DNA of 64,000 nt. Source: the human T2T-CHM13v2.0 reference genome, Homo sapiens. The first letter of the stretch is position 1, and each line of letters begins with the position of its first letter. Of this stretch, positions 41,500 to 55,204 are shown piece after piece. The position numbers and the translations under genes were made by a program. The notes below the pieces were generated by a model that was not told the DNA's origin, searched no databases, and saw only the letters and a program-made list of their open reading frames with translations. Where the stretch lies: assembly GCF_009914755.1 (NCBI RefSeq), contig NC_060928.1; one strand, given 5' to 3'.

Positions 41500-42150
41500 C
41501 GGTGACTCTTCCCTCTTTGGCTTCCTCGTCCTCCCCACCCACAACTTAATACGCGAGATCAGCCCTGGTCAGAACCAGGTAAAACCCCCGCGGTTCTAGG
41601 GCTTGGCCCAGCGAGCCCAGTGGGAGTCGGAGTGCCCCAGCACCCCCACAGGTACTCAGCTGGCACACCTTACCTCAGCCCACCCCATCCCTGCCCCTCC
41701 ACCCCAAAGAGCTAGGCCCAAAGAAAAGAAGAGAGGGTCCTCTCCTTCTGTTTAATCTCACCACCCGCGCCACCTGCGGGACTAGGCCTCAAAACCAGGC
41801 AAAGTAGCGCCAGTTACCTGGGGTTTCTGGGCTGCCTGGTTCTCTCCGCTGTCACTTCAGGGACAGCTTTAAAGACAGGTTCCTCCTCAAGCCACCGTCA
41901 CATGATTCATGACCTCGTCTGCGCTCCAGGAAGCACTTTCTAAGCCGCCGTCGCCCTACGATACGGGATTTCCGGAGGGGCCCGGCGGAAGCTGCGAGGG
42001 CGCGTCCGGCGGCCGCGCCCCTCCCCTCCCCCCCGCCCCGCACGCGCCCCGCCCCTCCCCCGCCCACCGCGGGCCGCGTCTTGCGCCTGCGCCTTGTGTC
42101 ACGGGCCGAAGGAAGTCAGCTGTGGGGTAGATTTGTACGAGATCGCTGGA
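41500..42150. promoter_or_regulatory. CpG-island promoter of LAMTOR3 with GC boxes, NRF1-like, ETS-like and E-box motifs
   Basis: High GC/CpG density; CCCCGCCCC x2-3 (42031-42065); TGCGCCTGCGC (42082-42092); CGGAAG/AGGAAGT (~41986, ~42110); GTCACATGAT (41897-41906). Confidence 0.85.
41818..41900 (-). other. LAMTOR3: LAMTOR3 non-coding exon 1 (5' end approximate)
   Basis: Donor CAG|gtaact at 41818/41817 inside the CpG island, upstream of the exon 2 acceptor; the TSS cannot be read from sequence alone. Confidence 0.7.
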
Positions 42151-42583
42151 CCCTAAGGAACCCAGAAAATGCAAGCAAGGTTATGTGTTACAAGACATTC
42201 TTGTGCAGAGAGGGTGTATAAATGTCATTAGTTTTGCAGGGTCTGTTATCTTAAAACCTTTTCTTGTAGATGAAGAAATTTGAGGGGATGGTGTGATGAG
42301 CTGAAGAGCAAGCACCAGATTGCCTGTGATTGGAAGTACCAGGTCCACAGGTTTCTGACCTGTTTCCTAGGCTCTTGTGACTTCCCCATGGGTGCTCTTT
42401 ACTGAAGGCCTTACCTAGATTGAATGGGGAGGAGCCATGGGTTTTCTGGAGCACTTCAAGCGTCTACTTTTAACATGCAGACACTGATTACGGGCACCTT
42501 CTATGTTCCCTTTTACATCAGAATTTTTAAAAATTAGTAAGGTCTCATGTAATAAATAATAATTGAAAAAAATAAAAGGCTTT

Positions 42584-42855
42584 CCGGGTGCGGTGGCTGA
42601 CGCCTGTAGTCGCAGCACTTTGGGAGTCCGAGGCGGGACGATCCTTTGAGCCCAGGAGTTCCACAGCAGCCTGGCAAGATAGGACCCCATCTCTACAAAT
42701 AATAATAATAATTAAGAATTATCCGAACGTGGCGTGCACCAGGTACTCGGGAGGCTGAGGCAGGAGGATCCCTTGAGCCCAGGGTTTGAGGCTGCATCGA
42801 GTGGTGATCGCCCCACTGAACTCCAGCTTGTGTGACAGAGCGAGACCCTCAAAAG
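42584..42855 (+). mobile_element. Old Alu (AluJ-like) near the LAMTOR3 promoter, CpG-rich
   Basis: ccgggtgcggtggctgacgcc...gagcgagaccctcaaaag. Confidence 0.85.
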
Positions 42856-42949
42856 AAAAGCTTCTTTAGAAATCGCATCCTCTTTCAGCTACCACACTGT
42901 TTTTCCTCTACTCCCTTTCATAGCCAAATTTTCAGAAAACTTTAGCCTG

Positions 42950-43690
42950 GTTTTCAATTGCTGCTTCCATATGTCACAAATCTAATCAGAGTTCTGTTGA
43001 TTCTACCTCCTATCTTTGAAAACTATTCACCTATCTATATTCCTACCCTACTCCAAGCCATGATCATCTCTCTTTTGACAACAACCTCCTATTCTTCTTA
43101 CATTCTCTTTTGCCCTCCAGTCTCCACACAGCAACAAAAATGATGTTCTAAAGACCCAAATCACATCATTTAACTCCTTCCTTGAAAATCAAGTTTATTG
43201 ACTTAGGATAAAGTTCAATATCAGCATCATGGTTTATATATCATTCTTATGGGGATCTGGCCCCTATCTTAATTCTCTCACCTACCCTGGATTCCTTATG
43301 CTATGATCATACAAGTTTGTTTTCACTTCCATAAAGATTTTTATCACTTTACCAACTTAGCACGTTCTGCCTGAGATATTTCTCTAGCATACCTTAATCC
43401 TACTAATCTCATCTTTTGCATTTTGGCTTAAACTCACTCTCAGAGAAGCCTTCCCTGACCCTCACTGAATAGTTTAGGTCTTCTAGATAAATGCTTTCAT
43501 TGTACCCTGTAATTTTCTTTGTAGAATTTATCATAATTATAATTATTTACTTGATATTTATTTTCTTTGCTAGATGTAAACTCTTTAAGGTTTTTGTCTT
43601 TCTTATTCAGTGATTAATTCCCAGCACCCAGCTCACTGCCTGGGATATAGCAAGCATTGACATACTTGTTGAATAGTTGAATGAATGAAA
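42950..43690 (+). mobile_element. L2 fragment
   Basis: Ends with the L2 3' signature ttgttgaatagttgaatgaatgaa. Confidence 0.65.
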
Positions 43691-43734
43691 GAGTGGCCAT
43701 ATTGAGTATAAAACATGATAAAAACAAACATTTT

Positions 43735-46700
43735 ACAGTGAGAACAGACCTTTTTATTAATATATTGAGATAAACTACAGAGACTGAAAGACAAAAATTC
43801 ATATTTCATTCAGAACATTCATTAAAAATCAAATGCATTTGAGTTCTCACAGAAAATTTTATGTAAGTCTGATATAACATTAAATATTTTACAAATCAGA
43901 CATTTCATTTTGAAATCTAATTTTTAATCCTGAATGCATTATAGACAAAGTAAGCTCTCCTTTACCAATTTCATTTAACTTATACAAGGCTTCCATTATA
44001 ATTCCATCAAACCTTAAAAATTACCTGCAGCTTTTAAAAACACATAAAGTAAATGGAAAGAAAGTCTTATGTAGCAATCCAAAAACTAAAACTAGAAATT
44101 GGCAAGAAGCATTTCTTAATACAGATAAACTGCAAAATATCATTTATGTGTGTTTCTTCTCATTGGTTTAATCATCCTATTAAAAATAATTTTTTGAAAG
44201 TAATAATTACAATACTCCAATGTCACTGAAAATCTCTATGATTTTAATGGTGTCCTTAAATGGCAAAGTAGAATATCAGACTGAAATGTACAGAGTGTTG
44301 TGCTGAAGTGAATGAGACTTGCCATGCCAGGTGTCATCTGCTATGCAGTTACAAGACATCTTGGCAACTAGTCATCCCAGTTTTTACTAACTTACTAAAC
44401 AAGGACATTTCAAGAAATACTTCTTACCCCTATGTATTTCCAGATGGCTGGATATAGAAAGATATAATTATGTTTGAAGCATGGGCCTTATAATAGGAAT
44501 CTCTCCATTAAAATATGAAAAAGAGCAACAAATAATTCACACCAATGAAATTGTGTTGACTGATTTTCAAAGTCAGACATAAAAATATCCACTGCTAATG
44601 GAAGCCCTGCTCTGTGCAAACATAGTGTGGTATATATTAAACAATCACACATTTGAGGTAATTAGCTGGGAAAAAAAAAAAAAATATATATATATATATA
44701 TACACCTATACATAGACACATCCACAGAATATTCACAAATCTATTGGCCCCAACACCAGCAGATAGTCATATTAAATGAAAAATATCACATACCAACAGG
44801 AAAAAGTTACACATAGGGAATATACAAAAAATATGGTGCTATAATCCTTAATATAAGGAGTATGTTTTGAATTAATGTTTTGAGGAAAAGTGTTTCCATT
44901 TATATGAAAGTATCTATTTAATAGTAATAAAACCAAAAAGGAAGCTGAATTCTAGGACTGTTTTACCTGCCAAATAATTGAAGGGATGAGCAAGAATTCC
45001 TTGAAAAGCCTCATTCTATCCTTTTTCTTTGTAACTAAAAATTAGAATTTAAAATGTTGGAAATTATTGCCAGACAAGTTTCTTTTCATTGGTTTATAGG
45101 GAATTTTATGGATTTTAACTAGGCAATGGTCCAATGTGGTCAACAGACATGGTTTTTCAGCTGTTGAATGAAAATTAAAATAAAGATTTATTGTTGATTT
45201 TCATTAGTTTTTCTGTTCAGATAAGAAAAAAGATTATGAATTCCCTTTCAGTTTGCTTCACTCATTATGAAGATGGATAGTAATAGGATAGTACTGAACC
45301 CAAGCTTCACATGGGGAAGCTCAAGAAATGTACAAATTCTCTTCTTAACCATTTGGTCCTCTGATATAAAACTTGCTTAACTGGCAAGATGGCTCACTTG
45401 GTCCTCAAGCCAACATCAAGAAATATTTAGCTGTCTTAACACAGGTGGGAGACTTTTTTTTAATGAAATACATAGGAATCCATTAAGTAACATTAGCATG
45501 TCATGTGTTAAATAGCTTCATTTAAAAATGTTACAGATCAACAGAAGGGAAATCAAAAACTTATTTTTCTCAGTAACTACTTTACATACTAGTGTAATTA
45601 AAGGTTTAACTGGAAGAAAAATTCAGCATAAAAGTATAATTAAAGTAAAAAGCTGGTATTCCACATTCCTGTTCCTATGAACACCTGAGCTGGCACAAAA
45701 GCTGAGTAGTTTAATGCATTGGCATATATATGCCTTAAGGACTGTACTTTTCTCTACCAAATCTTTGTAAATCATAAACAAGCATGTAATGATTATGAAA
45801 CAAATACTTATTTAGGTGTTCAAATGTAATCTGTTTACAAAATATATTATTTTCACTTATTAGATGAATTCAACTTGACATTTTTCATTGCTGAGAATTC
45901 AGTTCACATTTAATCAAACTACATTTCGAAATTTACAGATGACTAAATGACTAGCACCAGTCTATTTGGGAACTAAGGAATCAAAAGAAGAGGAGAAAGG
46001 TACTATTTTTCATTTCCCCCAAACCCTCACAAGGACAATAATGTTTGTGTGTATATGCATGGGTGTATTTGTGTTTACACAAAAAGGGGTAAAAATGTAA
46101 AGCATTAATAAATATAAGTGCTGCTAAACTGTTAGAATACCAGTTAGAGGAGCTAATAAAGCAATATTCAAAGATTGAGGACTTTTAGGTGGTCATTAGA
46201 ATGAGCCGATGAAATTGCGAAGTTCATGTAGCTAAACATAAGATGGCAAAATGTTGGGATTTTTATTATAAAAAAAGCAGCAAACATGAAAATCTTTTAT
46301 CAAGATATCCAAACTCTTCTTACTTTATAAAGTTAACTCCAAATTATAAGATACTTGTTGAGCTTTTATACCATGATATAGATGACATTAAGGACTGAAT
46401 CTTTACTTGCATACTTCATATGTGGCTTAAATTGTCAGGCACTCAGTCTGTCATTTCTCACTGCAGAAAATTTTATCAAACACATTTTCCCTAGCATTTT
46501 ATGAAATTTAATGGAATGCAGCACTGCAACTGAAATATAATACTGTCCAAAAGCCATGTATGACTTTATAATATATACTTTATGGTATCACTTAACTTTG
46601 TACAATAACTTCACCTATCTCCTTAAAGCTGGGATTAAGGGAAAAAGAATCAGTCAACAAGAAGGTAAGTTCACAGAATTATCAGCCATAATAGTGTAAA

Positions 46701-48509
46701 TTTGCCATTAAAATTAGAAAAATAAATAGATGAAATTTTTTTCATTCAAATTTTCATAAATTTTCTGATGCATATGAACTTTCAAAGTTAATTAAAATGC
46801 TATGAACTTATATTTTTAAAAACTTACTCTGCAGGCTCAACAAAATAATTAAAATTGTATTTTCTCTTAAGCACTGCTTTTTTTTTTTTTTTAAGGTAAC
46901 ATTTCTAAGAGCAAGTTGGTTAAGCTCTCCAGTTTTCCTATGACAGTATGTTGTTTAGTTTAACCTACTAATTCAATCAGGCATTTCTATTGATTCACCT
47001 GGAAAAGGGGATACAACAGAACATTTTTAAGAGGTCATTTTAGCAGTTTTATTCAACAGATGCCATAAATTAACTACATTCAGGAAAAAAAACTTAAACA
47101 AAGAACAAAGCCACCCTATCTAGCATTCTCTCACTCACAAAGAAGTATCAAAGATATGTTTATGTTCCATTAACCGAGTATGAAGCAAAATCATTAAAAT
47201 ATTACAACTGCTAAACACAGAAGACTAGAAATCAAATAGTTTCATATCCAGTATACAGGCATCAAAAACTTCAATTTCCAGCTGTTTTTTTTTTCTAATT
47301 CATATCATGGATTTACTTACAAGGAGCTTATTCCTATGGGATTAATTCAATTACTCAATGGTAAATAGATTTTAGCTCAGAATTTTTAAAGGATGACTTG
47401 CTTTAAGTTACTATTCTACGTGCTGCTCTATTTCTGCTCACACTTGCATGTGGCCAAACAGATCATGCTCTGATCAGATAAGTATACTGTAATCTACTTA
47501 TATGTTTAGGAGTTGGCATAGGGTTAAAAGGCACAAAGCTGTATTTTAGTACTCATTTTTCTTATTACTTATTTGTAAAGGAACTTCTTTGGATCCTGCT
47601 TAAATGATCACCAAGAAACTGCAAATTTCTATGGGGGAAAATGTGAGTCCTCTTCATAAATTTTAGCAGCCCTTCAAGGACATATACATCAAAATTTGGT
47701 GGCCTTTAAAGTATTGGAATTTTAAATGACATAACTGCACTTTACTGTTGAAGACCCTTTTAGTTTAATATTTATAGCCATTTCCTCATATTTTCTTTAA
47801 AATTTATCAGTATAGCATTTCATTTCTATGCATGTATATGTATAGTAATTCATAAAACTAAATAGCAAACTGATATTCTACACCAGTTCATTTATCTCAA
47901 TATATATTTTGGAATATAACGGCAATATTAAAAATATCAATTCCCTCTAAGCTGATAATACTATAAGATTTTACACAAAGTTAAAGTTTTTGTTTTTTCT
48001 TTTTGAAAAAGTTTCATTGTTTAAAGTCCACATATTTGACACCTTGATAAGGAAAATGTAAATGTGTCATATAACATTTATTCCATCAATTTAAACTGAA
48101 GTGTCTCATGGAGCTAAACACTAAAAGAATTTAAATAAAAAAGCAGTAACCTGTATGTACACAAAATGATCATTCCATAAATATTTACATGACAAGGGAA
48201 AAAATGGAGAATCACTAAAACTGGAAATTGCTACAGGTGTGATAATCCTTTCTCATGACACTTTAGTTAGGAATCATGTAAGCTTTTAAAATGAAAATAC
48301 TTGTAGAAGCGTTAACTAAAATATTCCATTTTAGTTTTCAGTTACTATTTAAAGGAGCCAGTAGGTCATAAACAGTCCAAGATTTCAGGAACCAACTATT
48401 CAGTTTAGTTTTCAGTATCAAATCTTTTCCTTCATCCCTCATGATGAAACCAAACTTACTTACAGAAAAAATAAAGAGTACGCTAAAAGGTATAAATAAA
48501 AATTCCAGT
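43735..48509 (-). other. DNAJB14: DNAJB14 long AT-rich 3'UTR (approximate end)
   Basis: Follows the TGA; AATAAA on the minus strand at 43753-43758; no Alu visible in the interval. Confidence 0.65.
43753..43758 (-). terminator. Candidate distal DNAJB14 poly(A) signal AATAAA
   Basis: tttatt on the + strand; on the minus strand it is followed by a GU/U-rich tract (tgtttgtttttatc). Confidence 0.65.
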
Positions 48510-48634
48510 TCATCCTCCTTTATAAAGACTGGTAAGCCGCTCTAATTCTTTACAGTTGTCCATGCTCAAGGCATCTGCCTTCCTTCGGAGTCGATCATCA
48601 CGGTATACTTTTGCTGCATACTGCATATCTGTTT
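48510..48634 (-). CDS. DNAJB14: DNAJB14 last coding exon (DUF1977 region end)
   Basis: ttattaacag|AA ACA GAT ATG ... GGA GGA TGA; (K)[40 protein letters not shown]. Confidence 0.97.
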
Positions 48635-49694
48635 CTGTTAATAAAGAAAAATATTTTGCTAATTGAATAAAATTTTTGTCACCTAGTTGCTTAAGCTCAA
48701 GTGATGCTTTACAGGAGCCCTTTGATATATTTTGATTAACTGACTTAAAAAAAATCAAAGTACAATTCCTAAAAGCCATTTTAGTAGGAAAAAAATTTTA
48801 ATGAAAACTTTATTTGAAGTATAGCAGGTAAAACAAACACAGAAAATAAATAAGGATAGAATCCTGTCAACTCACGTTGGAATCCTTTCTCTCTACTCCT
48901 GTTCCCCAGTGGTTTAAAAACTATTCCTCTGAAGCATCATCTTGGACTCTTTTCCTAAAAATATTATATGCTTTTCAATACTGCCAGTGGTTGTTTCACT
49001 GTGGCCTTCTGTTAAGATTTCAGATTATCCCAAGACTTAAGTATTTAATAAAAAATTTAAAATCTTGTTCTGAGTTTACTTAAATTAAAAAATACATATA
49101 ATAATATTACTGAAGGAACACAGATAAAAAAAATGCTTGTTATACGATCGTAATATTGCTATTCAGCAAATAAGTACTTCTGAGGCTTCCTTCAGTGTGT
49201 GGGACAGCACAGCTACTAATGATATACAGACTACAAATCAAAATTCTTCAAGGAGTATTTCTTGTTTTTTCCTGTTACTCTCAGTCATTTCACTGTTTAT
49301 TAATACCTGTAAAGACTAGGAGCACTTAAAGAAGATGTAACAGAAAAAGAAATCAGTTACTTTCTGGAACACAATGGCCAAAGTAGAAGACATCTGGTTT
49401 ATATGGATTAGTCAAGATCACATTCAAGATATACTCACAGTTAAGACAGTATTCCATTTGTAAAGATCTCCAGAAATAATCTTTACTAAATCAACTGGAC
49501 TAGGATTAACAACTCAATCAATATTATCCTATGCCTTTTATTTACACATAATGCGCTTATATCTATTTACAGATGACTCTTCCCAAAGAAGAAATTTGAG
49601 ACTTAGATAAACCGAAGTTCACACTGCTAACGAATGGCAGAGTCTAGATTCCAGTCCAACTCTCCAATGCCTAGCCTAATATTCTTTCCATTAT

Positions 49695-49925
49695 TTCAAG
49701 TACTGCTTGGGCTGGATAATTTTTTTGTTGTGGGGGGTCTGTGCATTGTAGGATGTTTAGCAGCATCCCTGGCCTTAACCCGCTAGATGCTAGTAGCAAT
49801 CCCTTTCCATTCCCATCCCATGATGACACACAAAAGTATCTCCAGACGTTACCAAACATCTCTAGGGATGGGTGGGGTGGGGGAAGGGTGGCAACTCACT
49901 CCCAGCTGAAAACATAAAAATCACT
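49695..49925. mobile_element. MER20 (hAT-Charlie) element
   Basis: gggctggataatttttt..gtgcattgtaggatgtttagcagcatccctggcc..ctagatgctagtagc. Confidence 0.8.
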
Positions 49926-51207
49926 AGTCTAATGTAAGCTTCTCCACACTGAGGACAGACTGATTTCACAAACTCATTGAGTTAGAAGTCAAAGAGGTCA
50001 CATCTCTAACTGCCACTAAATAGAGGAGAAAACCAAGACCAGAGAGGTTAAGGACTCTCTTAGAAGTTACATTTTATCAACTTTTCCCTAGCAAGGGGGA
50101 GATGATGATAATTGCTGACATTTTCTGAGCATTCACTATGTGTGAAGTACTTTATTGCCTGATTTAATTTTCACAACAAACCCCATAAAGTTGGTTATTT
50201 CTGAGAAGACGTTGGAGCACAGGGCCTGGATTCTAGAGACAAATTGTCTGGTTTTCAATCACAAACGACCTCTATGACCTTGGGCAAGTTAGTAATCTCT
50301 CTTTGCTTCAGTTTCTTCATGTGTAAAATAAGTATAATCTCACAGGGTTGTTGTGAAGATTAAATGAGTTAATACTTACAATGTGCTTGGGACAGTGACT
50401 GAAACAGGCATTATATAAATGATAGCTATTATTTCCTCCTCCCACTCATCATCACCCATTTTACACATGAAACTCATAGAGGTTACAATTCGTCAGCTAA
50501 AAATTTCAGAGCTAGGATTCAACTTTACTCAGTTTAATTCCAAAGTCAGTTCTCCTAACACTACACTATATGGTCTACATTATTATTCACAACAATGGTC
50601 ACAAAAACAAGAACCACAACACTCAATTCACATGCAACATCTCAGCAGATTCTTATATCAATCTTTATAGATGGAACTGTTCCTTAAATTAAGAAAACTG
50701 AGGCTGGAAAAGCCTAAGCAAATGAAGTGTTCTGAAGAGTCTCTCTGTGTACAAAGTAAAGAAAAAAGAAATGTCAACAAAACTCATTGTACATTAAATT
50801 CTAAATACAAAAGCTAAATTAATAGAGTTTCAAACTTAACTCTGAAAACAGTATGCATCTTAAAATTGATGACATAGTTTATCTGCCAGGATATTTTTTG
50901 TTTCTTGGTGGTACATAAAAGAATGATGTGTCTTATGATGGATATTATCAATACAATAAAATTTGGTATTACTTATTCAACCAAATATTTATTGATAACA
51001 ATAGACAAGTACCATTTATTAAGTCCTTACTATGTGTCAATTCCGATGTTAGGCCACATGTATATAAAACACATGATCTCATTTAAGTACTGTGCTCCAA
51101 TTATGTGCCAGGGAATTCCAGAACATTCCTTGAATAGGGAAATCTACATTAATCAGTTCCAAAGACTGCGAATAAGTTTTAAAATGTTAAACACATGACA
51201 AACTTAC

Positions 51208-51380
51208 TTTGTTGTCTTTCTTTCCAGCAGTTATTTCGAATATTAGTCACATAATCTTCCTCCACACTCTTTTCTACCTTTTGTAATAACATTCCTTTAT
51301 ATTCATTTTTGAAGTCCTTGTTGACATAATAAACAACACCCAAGTTTTCTGTTTGCATTTTAATAGTTTGCCCAGTTCCA
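51208..51380 (-). CDS. DNAJB14: DNAJB14 exon 7 (lumenal domain)
   Basis: tcttttacag|T GGA ACT GGG ... CAA CAA A|gtaagt; [57 protein letters not shown]; 173 bp. Confidence 0.97.
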
Positions 51381-51492
51381 CTGTAAAAGAGATGCATCAT
51401 TATTTTAATTAAAATTGGACATTCCAATATGCTGCTATAAACCAAGCAAACAAAAACAATTAAAAATCATTGAAAAGTTAATATTGGTAATA

Positions 51493-52138
51493 CAGGTTGA
51501 GCATCCCTAATCCGAAACTCTGAAATCCGAAATGCTCTAAAATCTAAGACTTTCTGAGCATCGACAAGATGGCACAAGTGAAAAATTCCAAAGCTGACCT
51601 CATGTGATGGGTCACCTTTTAATCAAAACACAGCATCATAGGTGGAAACTAAAAGCCTGTAGTTGTTTGTCGTTGCTATTGTTTAACAGCTGACACGGGT
51701 ATTCTGGTGATGCTAATATGCTGGTGGTTATTTAAACCTGAATACATTATTTTTTCACTGTTAAATACTTATATGTGAATTAGAGTAAGAAAATTATTGC
51801 TTATCAGTAGCATATAAATTCAGAGTCAGGAATGATGCCAAACAACCACAGGTTGTCCACATGGGTGGCTGAGATAGTGATACCTTTGCTTTCTGATAGT
51901 TCAATGTATACAAACTTTGTTTCATGTACAAAGTGACTAAAAATATTGTATAAAATTACCTTCAGGCTGTGTGAATAGGGTATATATAAAACATAAATTT
52001 CATTTTTAGACTTGGGTACCATCCTCAAGACATCTCATAAAATATATGCAAATATTACAAAATCTGAAAAAATCCAAAATCCCAAAATCCAAAACACTGC
52101 TGGTCCCAAGCATTTTGGATAAGAAATACTCAACTTTT
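51493..52138. mobile_element. Tigger4b/Zombi-type element
   Basis: TA|caggttgagcatccctaatccgaaa ... ggtcccaagcattttggataagaaatactcaact. Confidence 0.8.
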
Positions 52139-53078
52139 AATTTATTTACATTCTCTCACATTGCCTAAAACCATGATTTCATGTCACAAAAAGTAACCAC
52201 ATTTTTAAATATACTATGCTTTTGTAAAGTATCTCAATTTTTTGTTAATAAAAATCTTATTTGTATTATAAATTACAAAAATCAACTTGTAATTTATTTA
52301 CGTTATCTCAAATTGCCTAAAACCATGATTTCATGTCACAAAAAGTAACCACACTTTTAAATATACTGTGTTTTTATAAAGTTATCTCAATTTTTTGTTA
52401 ATAAAAATCTTATTTGGAAGAAATAAGGTAATTGTTATTTTTAGACCAATGTGATTTTAATACTGTAAAATCACTGATTTTTATTATTTTTTCTTTATAT
52501 GCTTCTTATTTATTCATGCTGCTATAACAGCCAATATGATGTTATAGTTTCCTTTATGTTCACTGTATTAAAGTTGTCTAGATTGCATGCTGTATTAAAT
52601 TTCCTTTATGTCCTGACCTCTTACACATAAAGTATATGGTGAAAAAAATACATCATAAAAAAGTAATATTTGCTTTTATTTAATCGATATTTTGCAAAAT
52701 GAAGAGTAAAGTCATTTTCCCCTTAATGATATAAATCTATGTAACATCAATCATTGCTCTGTCTTTAGTTTTGTCCTTTAGAGTATTTTTTGCCTTTAAT
52801 GTCAACACATTACCTACCACATTAAATTGTTATCAAGTTCAAATATAGCATTTCTGTCCTTATCCACAGTGGAAGAATAGAAATGTAAATTAACAACATA
52901 AGACAAATTTATTACTTAAAGTAACTATTTTAAAAAATTAGATAGAAATTTAAAATCTGGTACACTTGCAGTAATAGATTTGGCACTTAAAAGTTTAAAA
53001 GAGCACAAGCTCTTTAAAGGAAGCTAGGTCAGAAATAGCAACAATTCATTTTTTGTAAAACTTCACTTGGCTACTTAC

Positions 53079-53188
53079 GATCTGGGATATAAGGAATAAG
53101 GAGGATTAGAGACCATCAACTGGCTTAATAATGACACGAGGATCAATACAATTATGGGCATCAGCTGGATAAACACAGAAAAACCTCC
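53079..53188 (-). CDS. DNAJB14: DNAJB14 exon 6 (transmembrane helix)
   Basis: ttttttatag|GGA GGT TTT ... CCC AGA TC|gtaagt; [36 protein letters not shown]; 110 bp. Confidence 0.97.
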
Positions 53189-53998
53189 CTATAAAAAATG
53201 ATCAAAGAATAACAAATTGTAATATAACTGTAGTTGTTAATAATACAACAGTTGTCATACATTTTGAGGCAGAAAGCGCATTTGAGATCATCTAGTTCAG
53301 TGCTTTCAAATCTGCGTAACCATGCCAATAGGATGATTCTTAAATATAATTATCCAGGCATATCACCAGGAGATTCTGATTTGAAAAACACTGATAAAAT
53401 TTGATTTCATTTTATAGATGAGGAAGTCTTCATTTCTTTCTCTTTCTCTTTCCCGACTCCCTCCCCCCCACACACAGAGACGCTATCAATATGCTGCAGG
53501 CTGTAAAACCATTTTTTACCTTGGATTTGAGGGTAGAAGATGGGAGCTGATGAGTGGCAAAGCTGGGGGCCAGGCCTTTTAATTTCTAGTCTAGTGCTCT
53601 TTCCATTTACCTTTCCACTTCATGTAATTAAATTGCTATAGGCAATTAGGTATAACTGCATTAGAACAAGGAAAGTTACCTCCAATTCAAGTTTTTCAGT
53701 ACTCTAAATTCTTCAGGGCCAACAATAACAAGTTACCTTCACAACATGCATAGTGCAGGTGTACCTTCATTAGAATCATAGAATAACAAATCTAAAGGGG
53801 TCATACTATCCAACCACCCCTGGCTGACCTCTCTTCCTATTCCTACAATGTCCCTAAGGATTTTCTAGTCTCTACCAAACACCTCTAGTAAGAGAAAACT
53901 CATTATTTCCTACAACTACTTGCCCTCTTTTCAGACAACTCTAATTACTTTTCCTGAGCTGAAATTTGCCATTTTGTGATTTCTAGTCATAAACGTAC

Positions 53999-54093
53999 AT
54001 CTCCTCTTTCCTCTTCTCTTTCATGTCCACTATGTCGATGCTGATGTTGTTGGCTATAACCAGCTCTTCCATTTGAAAAAGAATGTACACTAC
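53999..54093 (-). CDS. DNAJB14: DNAJB14 exon 5
   Basis: tttttag|GT AGT GTA CAT ... GGA GAT|gtacgt; [31 protein letters not shown]; 95 bp. Confidence 0.97.
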
Positions 54094-54871
54094 CTAAAAA
54101 ATTAAAAGCAAGGTTAAATTAGGGAGAGCAATTATGATCAGAAAAAATACATTTTCTTTCACATTTTTCTTTAATTTTAAAAAATTACTAAAATAATGCA
54201 TGTGTATTTTCAGTAGTAAATACTTATTGCCCTCTCCTCTTGTAAGTGAAGGGTGGACAGAAATAGGAATGATTCTTCCCAATCTGCTTCCGTTACAGGT
54301 AGAAGTTCCTTCTTTATGAAAACTTGACTAAGAGTTTCTCTACACACATAGAGGTTTTTATAAACCTCTTTTGTTTATGATTAGTTGTGATTAGTTGTTT
54401 TTATAAATGTTGGATTATTACTTTGAAACTTTGCTTTTTGCATTTATCAATGAATCATAAACATCTCTAGAAATCAAAAGATAGTGTTCAAATTCATTTT
54501 TAAAAAATAGCCCTATAATATATCTTGGTATAGATGGACCAGAATTTATTCAAACACTCTCTTGCTGATAAACATTCAAGTTGTTTTCATATAAGATGAC
54601 CAATCAGAAATGGCTACCATTGACAAACTATGTTATAACTAGCAAAATAACTGCAAATCAAGTATCAGAAGAAAATTTACTACTGCCTGAAAGATTTCTG
54701 ATTGTTCCTAGTATACTTCCAGTCAAAATTACTAGTTTTAATAATTTTTCTGTAATTATGTATTCTAACATGTCAAAACACAGGTTATATTTTCAGTCAT
54801 TAATTTGCATTTATATATCCTCTTTCCTTCAAGGATGCTTTGCAAAACGTCCTATCAATGACCACAACCTT

Positions 54872-55204
<333 letters not shown>

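Noticed and set aside
41852-42174. GC-rich ORFs over the CpG island
   Set aside because: Low stop-codon frequency in GC-rich promoter DNA; low-complexity G/R/P/A content.
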